Positions 54,905-64,000 of a stretch of DNA of 64,000 nucleotides are shown one piece after another (the first letter of the stretch is position 1; each line of letters starts with the position of its first letter). Below the pieces are notes generated by a model that saw nothing but the letters and a program-made list of their open reading frames with translations, made no database searches and was not told the origin of the DNA. The position numbers and the translations under genes were made by a program. The DNA is taken from positions 128,915 through 192,914 of the forward strand of contig JAUXTO010000022.1 in the NCBI GenBank assembly GCA_030679255.1, written 5' to 3'. This stretch comes from Candidatus Gottesmanbacteria bacterium. Lineage in GTDB: Bacteria; Patescibacteriota; Microgenomatia; UBA10105; UBA927.

Positions 54905-54967
54905 TGCTCCCGCCTCTGCCCGCACCGTGTGCTCGTCACATAATTCTATCACGTGTATATCAAGAAT

Positions 54968-56341
54968 ATGGATTTAGAAAAACTCTGGAAAACAACTCTT
55001 GCGGAGATCGAGGTTTCTGTCTCGCGCGTTGCGTTTCACACGCAGTTTAAGGGCTCATCACTCGTGTCGCTTGCCAGTAATGTCGCAACGGTCGGCATTT
55101 CTAATGCTCCCCTCAGGGCGCTTGTCGAATCTCGTTATTATAGTCTCATCAAAAGCATTCTTGACCACCATACAAACGAAAACATCAGTCTGATCTTTGT
55201 GGTGGCCGCCAAGCACGAACGGATGACCGACGAAGATGCCGGGCCGTTATTTTCTTCCCGTGGGGCAGCCGCCTTATCCTCATATGTCACAGGCCCACAG
55301 GACACCGCCCGGAGACTCCATATCCGCGCAGACGCCTCATTTGACAACTTCGCCGTATCCACGACCAACCAACTCGCGTACGCTGCGGCTACCGCCGTTG
55401 CCAAGAGCCCGGGTGGCGCATATAACCCTCTTTTTCTTTATGGAGGCGTCGGGGTGGGGAAGACCCACCTCATGCATGCGGTAGCCAATGCGATCATTGC
55501 TAAAAAGCCTACCGTTAAGCTTGTCTATTGTATGGGCGAGGAGTTTACCAATGAAATCGTCGAGGCCATCCAAAATAAAACCAACCGGCAATTCCGGCAA
55601 AAATACCGGTCCGCGGAGCTTTTTTTGGTCGACGACGTCCAGTTTATCGCCGGTAAGCAGCAAACCCAGGAAGAGTTTTTTCACACCTTCAACGCGCTGC
55701 ACCGCGAGGGAGTACAAATCATCCTAACCAGCGACCGGCCTCCGCCGGAAATTGCCAAGCTTGATGACCGCCTAAGGAGCCGCTTTGAAGGGGGGATGAC
55801 GGTAGATATCGCTCCTCCCAACTTTGAGCTGCGGGTCGCAATTGTCAACATCAAATCAGCGGCGTTGGGAATTAGCGTTCCTTCGGAGGCCGCCCAGCTC
55901 GTCGCGGCCAACCTCACCGACACGCGGGCAATTGAGGGATTTCTGCGTAAACTCACCGCCCCCGGCGTGGGACCGGCGACCCCAGAGTTGGTCGCGTCTC
56001 TCTTAGGATCCAAGGCGGTGGTGGGAAGCGGAGGGATAGCCAAGCACGACAAGCGCGTGCCGGCGGCTGAGGTGCTCGAGGTGGTTGCCGCCTACTACAG
56101 CATTAAATCCACAACCATCAAAAGCCCCAAACGCGACCGCCCCATCTCCCGGCCGAGGCAAATCATTATGTATCTTTGTAAAACCGAGCTGGGCCTCACT
56201 CTTGAGGACATCGGCGGTCTCCTGGGGGGCCGCGATCATACGACCATTATGCACGGCGTCGAAACGATTACCCAAGAGCTCTCGGTCAACGAACGCCTGC
56301 GCTCGGATGTAGAGGGGATAAAAAAGAAACTCTGGGCATAA
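54968..56341 (+). CDS. dnaA: chromosomal replication initiator DnaA
   Basis: AAA+ Walker A GGVGVGKTHL, the sensor and box VII regions, and a C-terminal DNA-binding domain (the HTIMHGV helix). The start is set at MDLEKLWK. Confidence 0.95.
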   Translation: MDLEKLWKTTLAEIEVSVSRVAFHTQFKGSSLVSLASNVATVGISNAPLRALVESRYYSLIKSILDHHTNENISLIFVVAAKHERMTDEDAGPLFSSRGAAALSSYVTGPQDTARRLHIRADASFDNFAVSTTNQLAYAAATAVAKSPGGAYNPLFLYGGVGVGKTHLMHAVANAIIAKKPTVKLVYCMGEEFTNEIVEAIQNKTNRQFRQKYRSAELFLVDDVQFIAGKQQTQEEFFHTFNALHREGVQIILTSDRPPPEIAKLDDRLRSRFEGGMTVDIAPPNFELRVAIVNIKSAALGISVPSEAAQLVAANLTDTRAIEGFLRKLTAPGVGPATPELVASLLGSKAVVGSGGIAKHDKRVPAAEVLEVVAAYYSIKSTTIKSPKRDRPISRPRQIIMYLCKTELGLTLEDIGGLLGGRDHTTIMHGVETITQELSVNERLRSDVEGIKKKLWA

Positions 56342-56360
56342 CTAGGGGGCCCCCGGCCCA

Positions 56361-56499
56361 GATATCCACTTTTCCACAATTTGCCCTTTCTTATCCACAA
56401 CGTTATCCACACTTCGCCGTGCTCATTGTTAACAATAAAAGCCCCTCTCTTCTTCTTGTTGTTGACTCCTAAACTAAAAAAACGTACACTTTTCCACGC
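56361..56499. promoter_or_regulatory. DnaA-box cluster in dnaA-dnaN intergenic region (candidate oriC)
   Basis: Five or more 9-mers: atatccact, ttttccaca, ttatccaca (x2, perfect) and ttttccacg. The GGGGGCCCCC palindrome sits directly after the dnaA stop. Confidence 0.6.
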
Positions 56500-56531
56500 T
56501 CCTTACTTACTACTACGACGAATAACAACAT

Positions 56532-57644
56532 ATGAAAGTCTCCGTTCTTCAAGAAAACCTTACACAGGCAGTGACGAGGACAAGTAGGGTGATTTCTACG
56601 AAGCCGCCTCTCCCAATTCTTTCTACTATTTTACTACTCGCCACAAAGGATGGTCTCTTGTTGACCGCGTCAACCCTAGAGACAACAGAGTCCGTTTCTG
56701 TGGGGGCAAAGATAGACCGCGAGGGGGGCCTTTGTGTGCCGGCGAAGGTATTTTCAGAGCTTGTTTCCTCTCTTCCTCAAGACACGGTGTTCCTTGAAGA
56801 AAAAGAGGGGTCCTTACGTATATCTTGTGGAGGGATTCGCGCTTCCATCGCAGGAGTCGCAGCGGGAGAGTTTCCCCCCTTAAACAAGAATGAAGGAAAA
56901 AAGGAAACATCGCTTGATAAAGACGCGTTTGTTTCTGTTTTATCTCTTGTGTTATTTGCCGCGTCTACAGACGAAGGAAGACCCCTGTTGACGGGGGTCA
57001 AAATTGTACAAAAGCAAGAAGGCGCCCTTTTTGCTGCGACAGACGGCTACAGACTGTCGGTTTATCGGTCCGGGCTCGCGCTTCCTGCCTCCACCGACGT
57101 CGTGATTCCCGGACGGGCACTTGGGGAAATACTTCGCGTGTGTCAGGAAGAAAAGGAAGTGAAAAAGGTAGTCATTTCGGACGCAGGAGAAGGACAATTG
57201 GTGGCGCGGGTAGGGGACACAACCATCGTGACGCGTAGGATTGAAGGAGAGTACCCTAATTTTGAAAAAATAATACCCGCGAAGCACACCACGGTGGCGA
57301 CAATTGACGTGCAGCAGTTTACAAGGGCGGTCAAGTCTGCATCAATATTTGCCCGCGACAGCGCCAACATTGTCCGTCTTCACGTTGGCAAAAACTCGCT
57401 CACGATTTCCGCCAACGCCCCCCAGGTGGGCGAAAATACCGTAGAGCTGGACGCAAAAACGGAAGGCGAAGAGGGAGACATTGCGTTTAACAGCCGTTTT
57501 TTAGCCGAGCTCCTCAGTAATTTTCCCGGAGAAGAAGTGGTGTTTGAAATGACCGGGTCACTGAACCCCGGCGCGTTCCGAAGTCCCAAAGACTCCTCAT
57601 TTCTCCACATCATCATGCCGGTGAGGGTGTCTGCCGAAGGATAA
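56532..57644 (+). CDS. dnaN: DNA polymerase III beta subunit (sliding clamp)
   Basis: 370 aa with three-domain clamp topology; the N-terminus MKVSVLQENLTQAVTRTSRVIS is typical of DnaN. Confidence 0.9.
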   Translation: MKVSVLQENLTQAVTRTSRVISTKPPLPILSTILLLATKDGLLLTASTLETTESVSVGAKIDREGGLCVPAKVFSELVSSLPQDTVFLEEKEGSLRISCGGIRASIAGVAAGEFPPLNKNEGKKETSLDKDAFVSVLSLVLFAASTDEGRPLLTGVKIVQKQEGALFAATDGYRLSVYRSGLALPASTDVVIPGRALGEILRVCQEEKEVKKVVISDAGEGQLVARVGDTTIVTRRIEGEYPNFEKIIPAKHTTVATIDVQQFTRAVKSASIFARDSANIVRLHVGKNSLTISANAPQVGENTVELDAKTEGEEGDIAFNSRFLAELLSNFPGEEVVFEMTGSLNPGAFRSPKDSSFLHIIMPVRVSAEG

Positions 57645-57651
57645 TGTCCGT

Positions 57652-60036
57652 TTATAAAGAACCACACGCAAGCGTTTCTTTGTACCCGCCGCACCCCGAA
57701 GGTAAAACAAAGGGGGGCTTGGTTCCATCTGCGTTGCGCAGTTCATAATGGAGATGGGGGCCCGAGGAGGCCCCCGTGTTGTCAGAGGCCCCCAAAATCG
57801 TCCGGGCCGGAACAGGACGCGCAGACGTTGACCCCGAACACCGGGGGGCCCCGCCGCAAAGACTTTTTATTGTTGTGCTTACATCGAGAAGGTGGCCATA
57901 TATAGTGAAGTAGAGTTTTCCTGATGAGGGATCAGTGCCGGCAAGAACGACGTAATTTCCATAGTCAGCCCCCCCGTTTTGAGGAATATCAGATACATAT
58001 TCAACGAGGTACCCATAGTGGGTTGAATATATATCCGTTGACATTGGTAAACCAATATCAAACGCGTTGGACCAAGCGTGTGTAAAATAATGAGAATAGT
58101 CGGGCCTATTGTCGTTGGGACACTGTGTAATTGAAGCAAACAAGGTTCGACCTACGGGGCACCCACTTACCGCAGATGCGGGACTGGGGGGGGGACCATT
58201 ATAGATAATTTCATTTTTCCCTTCGATCCCCACACCTCGCCCGGAGAGGTTTTGTCCGGCAGACATAAGGACTGCCGTGATATTGTTTGATTTTATAAAA
58301 CCAAAATTTATAAACGTCGGGAGCACAAAAAGAAGGACAATGGCAACCCCGATAAACACCGCGATCATGAGGGGCGTGTCATCCCAAAAACTGGTTTTTT
58401 GGGTTCTTCTCCCAAACGGCGAAAAGGGAACGCCGCCAAACAAGAGGCCCACGAGACCTCCTCCTGCGCGGCCAGCAACGCCAGCGAGCCCCAACCCCGC
58501 CCATGACAATGCCCCACCGATTGCGCCCCCCAAGCCACCCCCGGAAACGCCAATGTGGGGGATTGCCCCTGATTGCCCCACGAGTTGCGTGGCGGCTGCC
58601 TCCGGCGACACCAAAGAGATGACCATTGTATAAAAGGTTTGCCACGACGGGATTTGTTTGGAAAAAGAAGCGGCTGCGGCGGCCACATTGGCCCCTCCCG
58701 CGGCGCCCGCCCCCGGCCCGCCAGCAAGAGACAGTAATAGCAGTGCAACATTCTCCGCCCGTCCCAGAGCAAGCGCCGGTTGGCCTCCGGGAGTCCTCGC
58801 GTGTATGGCGAGAAGTTCAAAGTAAGCAAGTATCGCCTCCCGTGGATTAGTCAAGAGAGGAGCGGTCACCGGTCCCACGAGGATAGCGCCAATAATATCA
58901 TCAAGGGCGCCCTTAGCCTGTGTTATCCCCGACCCCCCTCTTGGCGCACGGGTAAATTCTTTTTTTGTGCCTTCCATGACGAGTCGAAAGAGCTCACTGT
59001 CAACAAACTCTTTCCCCAGCCTGGTCGTCAGATCGTCGGTTTTGGTAAGCGCCTGTTCAAGAGCCCTGGAAAACGTAGCACGGATGACGTCTTGCCGGGC
59101 CAGAGGAGAAAGTTGGGAAAACAACGCATCGGCGGCCCCCGCGATAAATTTTTGTGCCGGCCCCTCGGCAACGGTGGTAAAAAACTTACCCGACCCACCC
59201 CCGATGTTCCCACGGTCCGCGCGCGGGTCCACGGCGGCTTCGGCCACCCGCGCTAGCACGTCTGCGTGGTCAATTGCGCTGCCCGTGGGAAGGTCAGAGC
59301 GGGTGATAATGTCAGTAACAATCGCCGCAAACCGCTCGATGTTTGGGTTTCCCATCCGGGAGTAGATGGCTTTTGGAATTTCATGCACGGCGGAAAGGGC
59401 GCGCGTGCCGCGGGAAAGCTCTTGTTTTATGTTACCTTCTTCACCGATTGCGTCCCGTATAACGCGTGGCGCGGAGGGTCCCGCGTTGAGTATTGTTTCA
59501 ATAACGCGGCTTGCGTCCGGCCCCGACAACTCCTGGGCCGAAATCCCCTCAAGCTTTTGACGGACAACAACCTCGCTTAAGGACCCCGCACTAATTTCCT
59601 CGCGCGATCGTGCAATCCAGTTGGCCACAAGCCGCTCGATGAATGTTTTACGCAACGCAGCAACGTTTTTTTGTTGCCGCGCCATAGCCCCGGCAACTAT
59701 TTTTTCTGACGCCCGCAAGGAGCTTGCCCGACTGAGGACCTCTTTCGGAGAGAGGGCAGCATCAGGTTTTTCCGCATGAAATTGTGGAGGGGCCCCAGCT
59801 ATTTCCGCCGCCGCACCATGAAGGGCTTGGGTAACCGCATCAACAGAGAGACCACCGTCGTCGCCCGGAGACAGGGTGAGCTTGCCCGCGTTTTGAGTCA
59901 GGGCACGGCGCAACCCCTCATATTGTCCTGCCGCGACTAAAGCCGCCTCGGGCGTAATTCTTCCCGCGCTAAGATCGTCAAGAAGATTATTGATGAATTC
60001 TTTGATTGTTTGTTGTTCCTCTAATTGTTGTGCCAT
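57652..60036 (-). CDS. large membrane protein with C-terminal M23 (LytM-type) peptidase domain
   Basis: About 430 aa of N-terminal helical soluble domain, a Gly/Ala-rich TM cluster, and a C-terminal HLHYE and HxxxD M23 signature (SGPHLHYELR). Confidence 0.6.
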   Translation of the reverse strand: MAQQLEEQQTIKEFINNLLDDLSAGRITPEAALVAAGQYEGLRRALTQNAGKLTLSPGDDGGLSVDAVTQALHGAAAEIAGAPPQFHAEKPDAALSPKEVLSRASSLRASEKIVAGAMARQQKNVAALRKTFIERLVANWIARSREEISAGSLSEVVVRQKLEGISAQELSGPDASRVIETILNAGPSAPRVIRDAIGEEGNIKQELSRGTRALSAVHEIPKAIYSRMGNPNIERFAAIVTDIITRSDLPTGSAIDHADVLARVAEAAVDPRADRGNIGGGSGKFFTTVAEGPAQKFIAGAADALFSQLSPLARQDVIRATFSRALEQALTKTDDLTTRLGKEFVDSELFRLVMEGTKKEFTRAPRGGSGITQAKGALDDIIGAILVGPVTAPLLTNPREAILAYFELLAIHARTPGGQPALALGRAENVALLLLSLAGGPGAGAAGGANVAAAAASFSKQIPSWQTFYTMVISLVSPEAAATQLVGQSGAIPHIGVSGGGLGGAIGGALSWAGLGLAGVAGRAGGGLVGLLFGGVPFSPFGRRTQKTSFWDDTPLMIAVFIGVAIVLLFVLPTFINFGFIKSNNITAVLMSAGQNLSGRGVGIEGKNEIIYNGPPPSPASAVSGCPVGRTLFASITQCPNDNRPDYSHYFTHAWSNAFDIGLPMSTDIYSTHYGYLVEYVSDIPQNGGADYGNYVVLAGTDPSSGKLYFTIYGHLLDVSTTIKSLCGGAPRCSGSTSARPVPARTILGASDNTGASSGPHLHYELRNADGTKPPFVLPSGCGGYKETLACGSL

Positions 60037-60041
60037 GATGG

Positions 60042-63000
60042 TTATTCGCCGTTACCCGCTACGGTTTCGACGGTAAAAAGGGGACGATTAGACGCAGGAA
60101 GTAGCCGTTCCCCATTGATGTTGTGTGGGGAGGTGGGCGCGCTCACCGAGCTTTTGTTTTGTGATTGAGCGATAAGATCTTGGGGCTTCGTGGTGACGAG
60201 CTCGTGCTCTGTGGGGCTTGCGATGATGCGCATGGCCGCGTGAGCAGGTCCGGCAAAAAAGAGCCCTTCCCCGATGTCCGCCGAAAGGAGAAGATGCTTT
60301 TCTCCTTCAGAAAGAAAGAACGCCTCCGCGATGCGGTCGATGGCCGCCGTTGATTGTTTGAGTAACACCTGGAGACTGCTATTTTGGATGATGGCACGGC
60401 CAAGATCCGTGGAGAGAAAATCCTCAACATCTTGAGAGATGGTCGTCACGCCAAGATAATATTTCCGCGCGCGCTTGGCGATAGAGTTCATAAAATATGC
60501 CGAGTCCGGAAACTTCATCATATACCACGCTTCGTCTACAATGAGCAGCCGTCGTTTGAGGTCTCGCCGGACCTTGGTCCAGATGAAGTCTAAAATAAGA
60601 TACATAGCGATGGGGCGGAGCTCCTCTTCGAGGTCCCGAATGGAAAACACCGTGAGGGGATTTCTGATTTCCACATTGGTTTGTTGATCGAATATGCCCA
60701 CGAGGCTTCCTTTGACGAATTTTTCTATCCGGTCAGCCAGGCCGCGCGCCGCAGGCTCTTCCATACCGATGAGAGATTTGTATAAATCTTCCATAAGCGG
60801 AGGCTCCCGGCCTTGTGTTGCCGGGTCAGGGGTAATGCCCCGTTGTTTGTAGGTGAGGATAAGCGCGCGGTCCAAGATTGCATCCTCCGTGGGGGTGAGC
60901 GTTCCCATGACCACCCGGAAGAACCCATGGAGAGAAAGAATTTTTTGGTTAAGCTCGCTTTCGCCGCTTCCGGCGCGAAGAAGCGCGAGATCAAAGGGGT
61001 TAATTTTGGTTTCCGTGCCAAAGTGGAAGCGGATATATTCGCCTCCCAACGCGTGAGTGAGCGCTTGGTATTCGTTTTCCGGATCGATAATGATGACTTC
61101 TGTGTCAAACATGAGGCTCCGCATGGCTTCGAGCTTGACGAAATAACTTTTTCCTCCGCCGGAGTTGTGGACAAACATTCCGCCGTGTCCTGCGAGGAAC
61201 ACGTGGTTGTCTACCGTCAGGTCGTAGACGTAGCGTTCGTTATGTTTGATTTTTTCTTTGCGAACGACCGGATCCCAAAAGAGGTCGGCATCGGCGAGTT
61301 TTTTAAGACCCGCAAGGATTCTTTTTGCGTGCCGAAGTTTAAGTTGGAGCGACCGGTAGCGTTTTTTAAGCACCACGACTGCGTCATAAAGCGTCGCATA
61401 CGAAGCGTCTCCTTGTTTGCGCGCCTCCAGGACCACGCTCGTCCAAAGACTTTTATTATGAGCAAGAAGAGACACGCCCATTTCCTTGAAGCACTCATAG
61501 AGTGTTTGTTTGATGATGTGGGGAGCTACGAAGCGCTCGCCTGTGATGGTTTCGTACGCGCGAAGGACAGTTGTTGTGCGCGGGATTACGGCACCGCGCT
61601 TCATGAGCCGCCAGGTCTGTCCGAGGTTTTTCCACAAGAGCGCATTCAGGCGCTTGTTTGTGTTTCCTCTGCGGATGATTTCTTCAAGCTCTGGAAGCCT
61701 GGAAAGGAGCTGCACGCGTTCTCTAAGTTTTTGTAGATGAGCAATACGTTGTTCTGCGGCGAGAATAATGTTTTTCAATTCCTTGGGAGACGGCTGAAAA
61801 ACGTTTCGGGATAACGGGGAAACATTTATTGGCGCCGCCACACAATCTCCGCAGTACAGCATGTCGTGGAGTTTGCCAATGGTCGGCCCCAGCGTGGGAA
61901 TGGTATTCACGTTCGTGTTTGCGGTTTTCCCCAACAGAGCGTGGAGCGCTTTGGTTTTCCGTTGTGTGAGGAATCCAATTTCGCCTGCAAACGCTTTAAG
62001 CTCGTCCGCGCCTGAGATGGTGAGTTCGTGATATGTGTCACCCGCATGGTTGGAGTTGGTTGCGCGTTTTTGTTTTATGTGCATTCTTCCGATGATGCCA
62101 AAATAAAGAAGTAGGTATGCAATATCAGAGATAAGACGTTTTGATTTTGAGGTACACGATACGACATGCTTTCCAACGGTTCCGTCGCCTTCAAAATATG
62201 CGCATAGATACTGGGCGACACGCACCTTTGGCAAAGTGAATACAATTGGTGGAACTCGCTTCTCCCCCGACTTTCCCCCTGCGCCCATCGCCACGAAAAG
62301 CCGCGCGTATGCGTTGGGCTGGATGTTGTACCCCTTGATTTGGTGATCCTGGTCGTTTCGCGATGCGACAAGGGCGCCAACAGCTGACGCCGCACGCTTT
62401 ATCGTATCAAGTACTACCGGGTCGGTGTTATAAATAGTAAGCACTTTTTCTGTCACAAAGCCTTCCGCCGTGGTTAGCCCCAAAAGCGTGAGGAGCGGCG
62501 TCTCGATGGGTATAGAAGTTGGAAGTGAATCTGGCCATGATGAGGCGAGGAGAGAGCGTGGTTTGATTATGGCTCGGGTGGCACCCCCCCCATGGACGGT
62601 TCGGGGAAGGGGAACGACGTCGCCTCGTCGTATTGTCCGACCGCGCGCCGCTGTCACGCGCCCGTCGCGAAGAGTAATCAAACTATGATCCCCGGTAACC
62701 GTGATCTCTCGACCGCTTCTTGTGGTGAGTTTATAGAGCCTTTCTCGTTTCGAAAACGGTTTTCGAGCTGCTACAGAAACCCGCGTCCATTCGCCGTGAA
62801 GGGCATTATTATACGAGAACACTTCAAGGGCGGGGTCTCTTACGCCCTCAAGGTCTTCGTCCTTATATGTAATGCCGTGTTTTTGGATAAGCGACTCAAC
62901 GATATCCCCGATGATTCCTTTGTGGACGACACCGTTTTCTCGTACAAGCACAGGCTCCCAGCTTGCTACGGACTTCCCAAACACCACCATATTCGCGTTT

Positions 63001-63746
63001 TCTAAGGTAAACCGGTCAAAGATGATGAGACTCCCGTTGTGTTCATTCATGCCATAGAGAACCCCTTCATTTGCGGAAAGTTCAGATGTGGTGAACGGGA
63101 AGGTGGTGGCCAAGGTGGTCGTGTCCATGTTGCGGGTTACCATAATCCGGTCTTGGCCCATAGGGAGGGTGGTTCGGAACCCCTCATCCATGGCAAGCAC
63201 CGCCTTTTTGGTAATGATCAGGAGCGAGCCCAGCGTTGCCTCTACCTGTTTGGTGATTTTATCAAGCTCCGAAAGGGTTTTGGAGGGAATAGTGATATAG
63301 AGTCCAAATTGGAAAAAACGCTCCGCGCCGCGGGCAAGCTCTTGCTGGAGGGAAAGGGCATCTTCGAGGGACACCTGGATGGAGGGCTCGATGACCCTGC
63401 CGCGTTTCATGTCCGATTGTATGGTGGCCTCCATTTCACCGACCTTACGCTTGAGATTCTCGAGAATCTCCTCAGACTTGGTGGGGTAGATATACATGGA
63501 TACATCAAGCGTATGGTTGAAAGAAATGAGCGGCTCAAGCCAGTTGGCGCTGACAAACCGGGGGTAACCCACCACAAAAAGCGTCCGGTGAAATTGGTCG
63601 CCCACCTTGATGTGGTCAAAGTCGACCTCAATCGTTGGTGGGGCAATCATGTCGCGCACCTCAAGCGGGATATTGGGGTCGTGTTCTACGCCCACGTCCT
63701 CCGGCATGGGATTTATGAATTGTTTGATGGCCCTTTGTATGTTCAT
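60042..63746 (-). CDS. VirB4/TrbE-family type IV secretion-like ATPase, intein-containing
   Basis: The Walker A VFGK/SGGGKS is split by an intein, and Walker B LLIVDEAW is present, together with INPFDL and DPENEY regions typical of VirB4. The extein is about 631 aa. Confidence 0.75.
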   Translation of the reverse strand: MNIQRAIKQFINPMPEDVGVEHDPNIPLEVRDMIAPPTIEVDFDHIKVGDQFHRTLFVVGYPRFVSANWLEPLISFNHTLDVSMYIYPTKSEEILENLKRKVGEMEATIQSDMKRGRVIEPSIQVSLEDALSLQQELARGAERFFQFGLYITIPSKTLSELDKITKQVEATLGSLLIITKKAVLAMDEGFRTTLPMGQDRIMVTRNMDTTTLATTFPFTTSELSANEGVLYGMNEHNGSLIIFDRFTLENANMVVFGKSVASWEPVLVRENGVVHKGIIGDIVESLIQKHGITYKDEDLEGVRDPALEVFSYNNALHGEWTRVSVAARKPFSKRERLYKLTTRSGREITVTGDHSLITLRDGRVTAARGRTIRRGDVVPLPRTVHGGGATRAIIKPRSLLASSWPDSLPTSIPIETPLLTLLGLTTAEGFVTEKVLTIYNTDPVVLDTIKRAASAVGALVASRNDQDHQIKGYNIQPNAYARLFVAMGAGGKSGEKRVPPIVFTLPKVRVAQYLCAYFEGDGTVGKHVVSCTSKSKRLISDIAYLLLYFGIIGRMHIKQKRATNSNHAGDTYHELTISGADELKAFAGEIGFLTQRKTKALHALLGKTANTNVNTIPTLGPTIGKLHDMLYCGDCVAAPINVSPLSRNVFQPSPKELKNIILAAEQRIAHLQKLRERVQLLSRLPELEEIIRRGNTNKRLNALLWKNLGQTWRLMKRGAVIPRTTTVLRAYETITGERFVAPHIIKQTLYECFKEMGVSLLAHNKSLWTSVVLEARKQGDASYATLYDAVVVLKKRYRSLQLKLRHAKRILAGLKKLADADLFWDPVVRKEKIKHNERYVYDLTVDNHVFLAGHGGMFVHNSGGGKSYFVKLEAMRSLMFDTEVIIIDPENEYQALTHALGGEYIRFHFGTETKINPFDLALLRAGSGESELNQKILSLHGFFRVVMGTLTPTEDAILDRALILTYKQRGITPDPATQGREPPLMEDLYKSLIGMEEPAARGLADRIEKFVKGSLVGIFDQQTNVEIRNPLTVFSIRDLEEELRPIAMYLILDFIWTKVRRDLKRRLLIVDEAWYMMKFPDSAYFMNSIAKRARKYYLGVTTISQDVEDFLSTDLGRAIIQNSSLQVLLKQSTAAIDRIAEAFFLSEGEKHLLLSADIGEGLFFAGPAHAAMRIIASPTEHELVTTKPQDLIAQSQNKSSVSAPTSPHNINGERLLPASNRPLFTVETVAGNGE
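61164..62972 (-). mobile_element. 603-aa intein with LAGLIDADG homing-endonuclease domain inserted in the VirB4-like P-loop
   Basis: Block A begins with Ser (SVASWEPVLV), block B is TVTGDHSL, the LAGLIDADG motifs are LLGLTTAEGFV and YLCAYFEGDGTV, and the C-terminus is VYDLTVDNHVFLAGHGGMFVHN followed by +1 Ser. Splicing would restore GKSGGGKS. Confidence 0.8.
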
Positions 63747-63946
63747 GGTTGTTCCGGCGTTTTGTTTTCGATTGGTAGTATTTGTTGATTGGTAGTATTT
63801 GTCGGATTGAAGTGCTCCGGCTGCGGTATGCCGGGATTATAGACGGAAAAAAACAATCGCGCGAGTTGATCGCTGGTCAGCTGTTTTCCGCGCAGCCCAA
63901 TGCGCGTCAAGAGCCGCAAAACATGATCCCTTTTTGGTGTAAGCAC
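63743..63946 (-). CDS. small hypothetical ORF upstream of the VirB4-like gene, containing TTGGTAGTATT repeats
   Basis: 67 aa with a 4-nt overlap onto the VirB4-like start. It encodes NTTNQQILPIENKT from two tandem repeat units (63770-63806). Confidence 0.25.
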   Translation of the reverse strand: MLTPKRDHVLRLLTRIGLRGKQLTSDQLARLFFSVYNPGIPQPEHFNPTNTTNQQILPIENKTPEQP

Positions 63947-64000
63947 GGTTAATGCTTTTTCATAAATATATTCTTTATCATAGGGGAGACCGCGTTTTTT

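Noticed and set aside
60813-61736. 307-aa plus-strand ORF
   Set aside because: It is antisense to the intein/VirB4-like gene.
63039-63788. 249-aa plus-strand ORF
   Set aside because: It is antisense to the N-terminal extein of the VirB4-like gene, and its Gly/Arg-rich composition is a mirror-frame artefact.
1-64000. rRNA or tRNA genes
   Set aside because: No region with recognisable tRNA cloverleaf anchors (GTTC-R-A with a matching acceptor stem) or rRNA-like conserved stretches was spotted by eye. This cannot be excluded without tRNAscan or Infernal.

Overview
This window looks like chromosomal sequence from a small-genome bacterium, in the style of CPR/Patescibacteria: short overlapping genes, many toxin-antitoxin (TA) pairs, and surface and glycan genes. 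It has seven blocks. (1) 1-14 kb: vapBC TA pair, a DUF4143 AAA+ ATPase, an MFS transporter, an EpmA/LysRS-like core, endonuclease III, ribosomal protein L25, and an envelope set (DUF4012 protein, Wzx-like flippase, Wzy_C-type ligase). (2) 14.2-19.3 kb: one co-directional operon with all four NAD recycling enzymes (pncA, pncB, nadD, nadE), a TIR-domain protein (predicted NADase), a DUF433/DUF5615 pair and a HAD-like protein with a degenerate motif. (3) 19.4-22.1 kb: the rpmH-rnpA-yidD-yidC-jag operon, with a four-helix-bundle gene inserted. rpmH is below the ORF-track cutoff and was found by manual translation. (4) 22.2-32.7 kb: HepT/MNT and HEPN/MNT pairs, DUF433, DUF2283, a ParD-like antitoxin plus a truncated RelE-like stub, secreted Cys/Pro/Thr-rich proteins, and two families of modular repeats that bound small gene cassettes in an integron-like layout. 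(5) 32.7-54.8 kb: a polysaccharide locus with a sugar phosphotransferase, epimerases, Wzm/Wzt ABC exporter, GT2/GT4/GT26 glycosyltransferases, AsnB, two further Wzy_C-like proteins, and two alkaline-phosphatase-superfamily ectoenzymes. Embedded in it is a small minus-strand module: methyltransferase, QueC-like PP-loop ATPase, an unannotated 35-aa peptide with a strong Shine-Dalgarno, and a PqqD-like RRE protein; this is a candidate RiPP-like system. (6) 54.9-57.6 kb: dnaA-dnaN with DnaA-box clusters (candidate oriC). (7) 57.6-63.7 kb: a large membrane protein with a C-terminal M23 peptidase domain, and a VirB4-like ATPase whose Walker A P-loop is split by a 603-aa LAGLIDADG intein. No rRNA, tRNA or CRISPR array was recognisable by eye. 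All calls rest on motif-level reading of the supplied translations and the DNA, without database searches.
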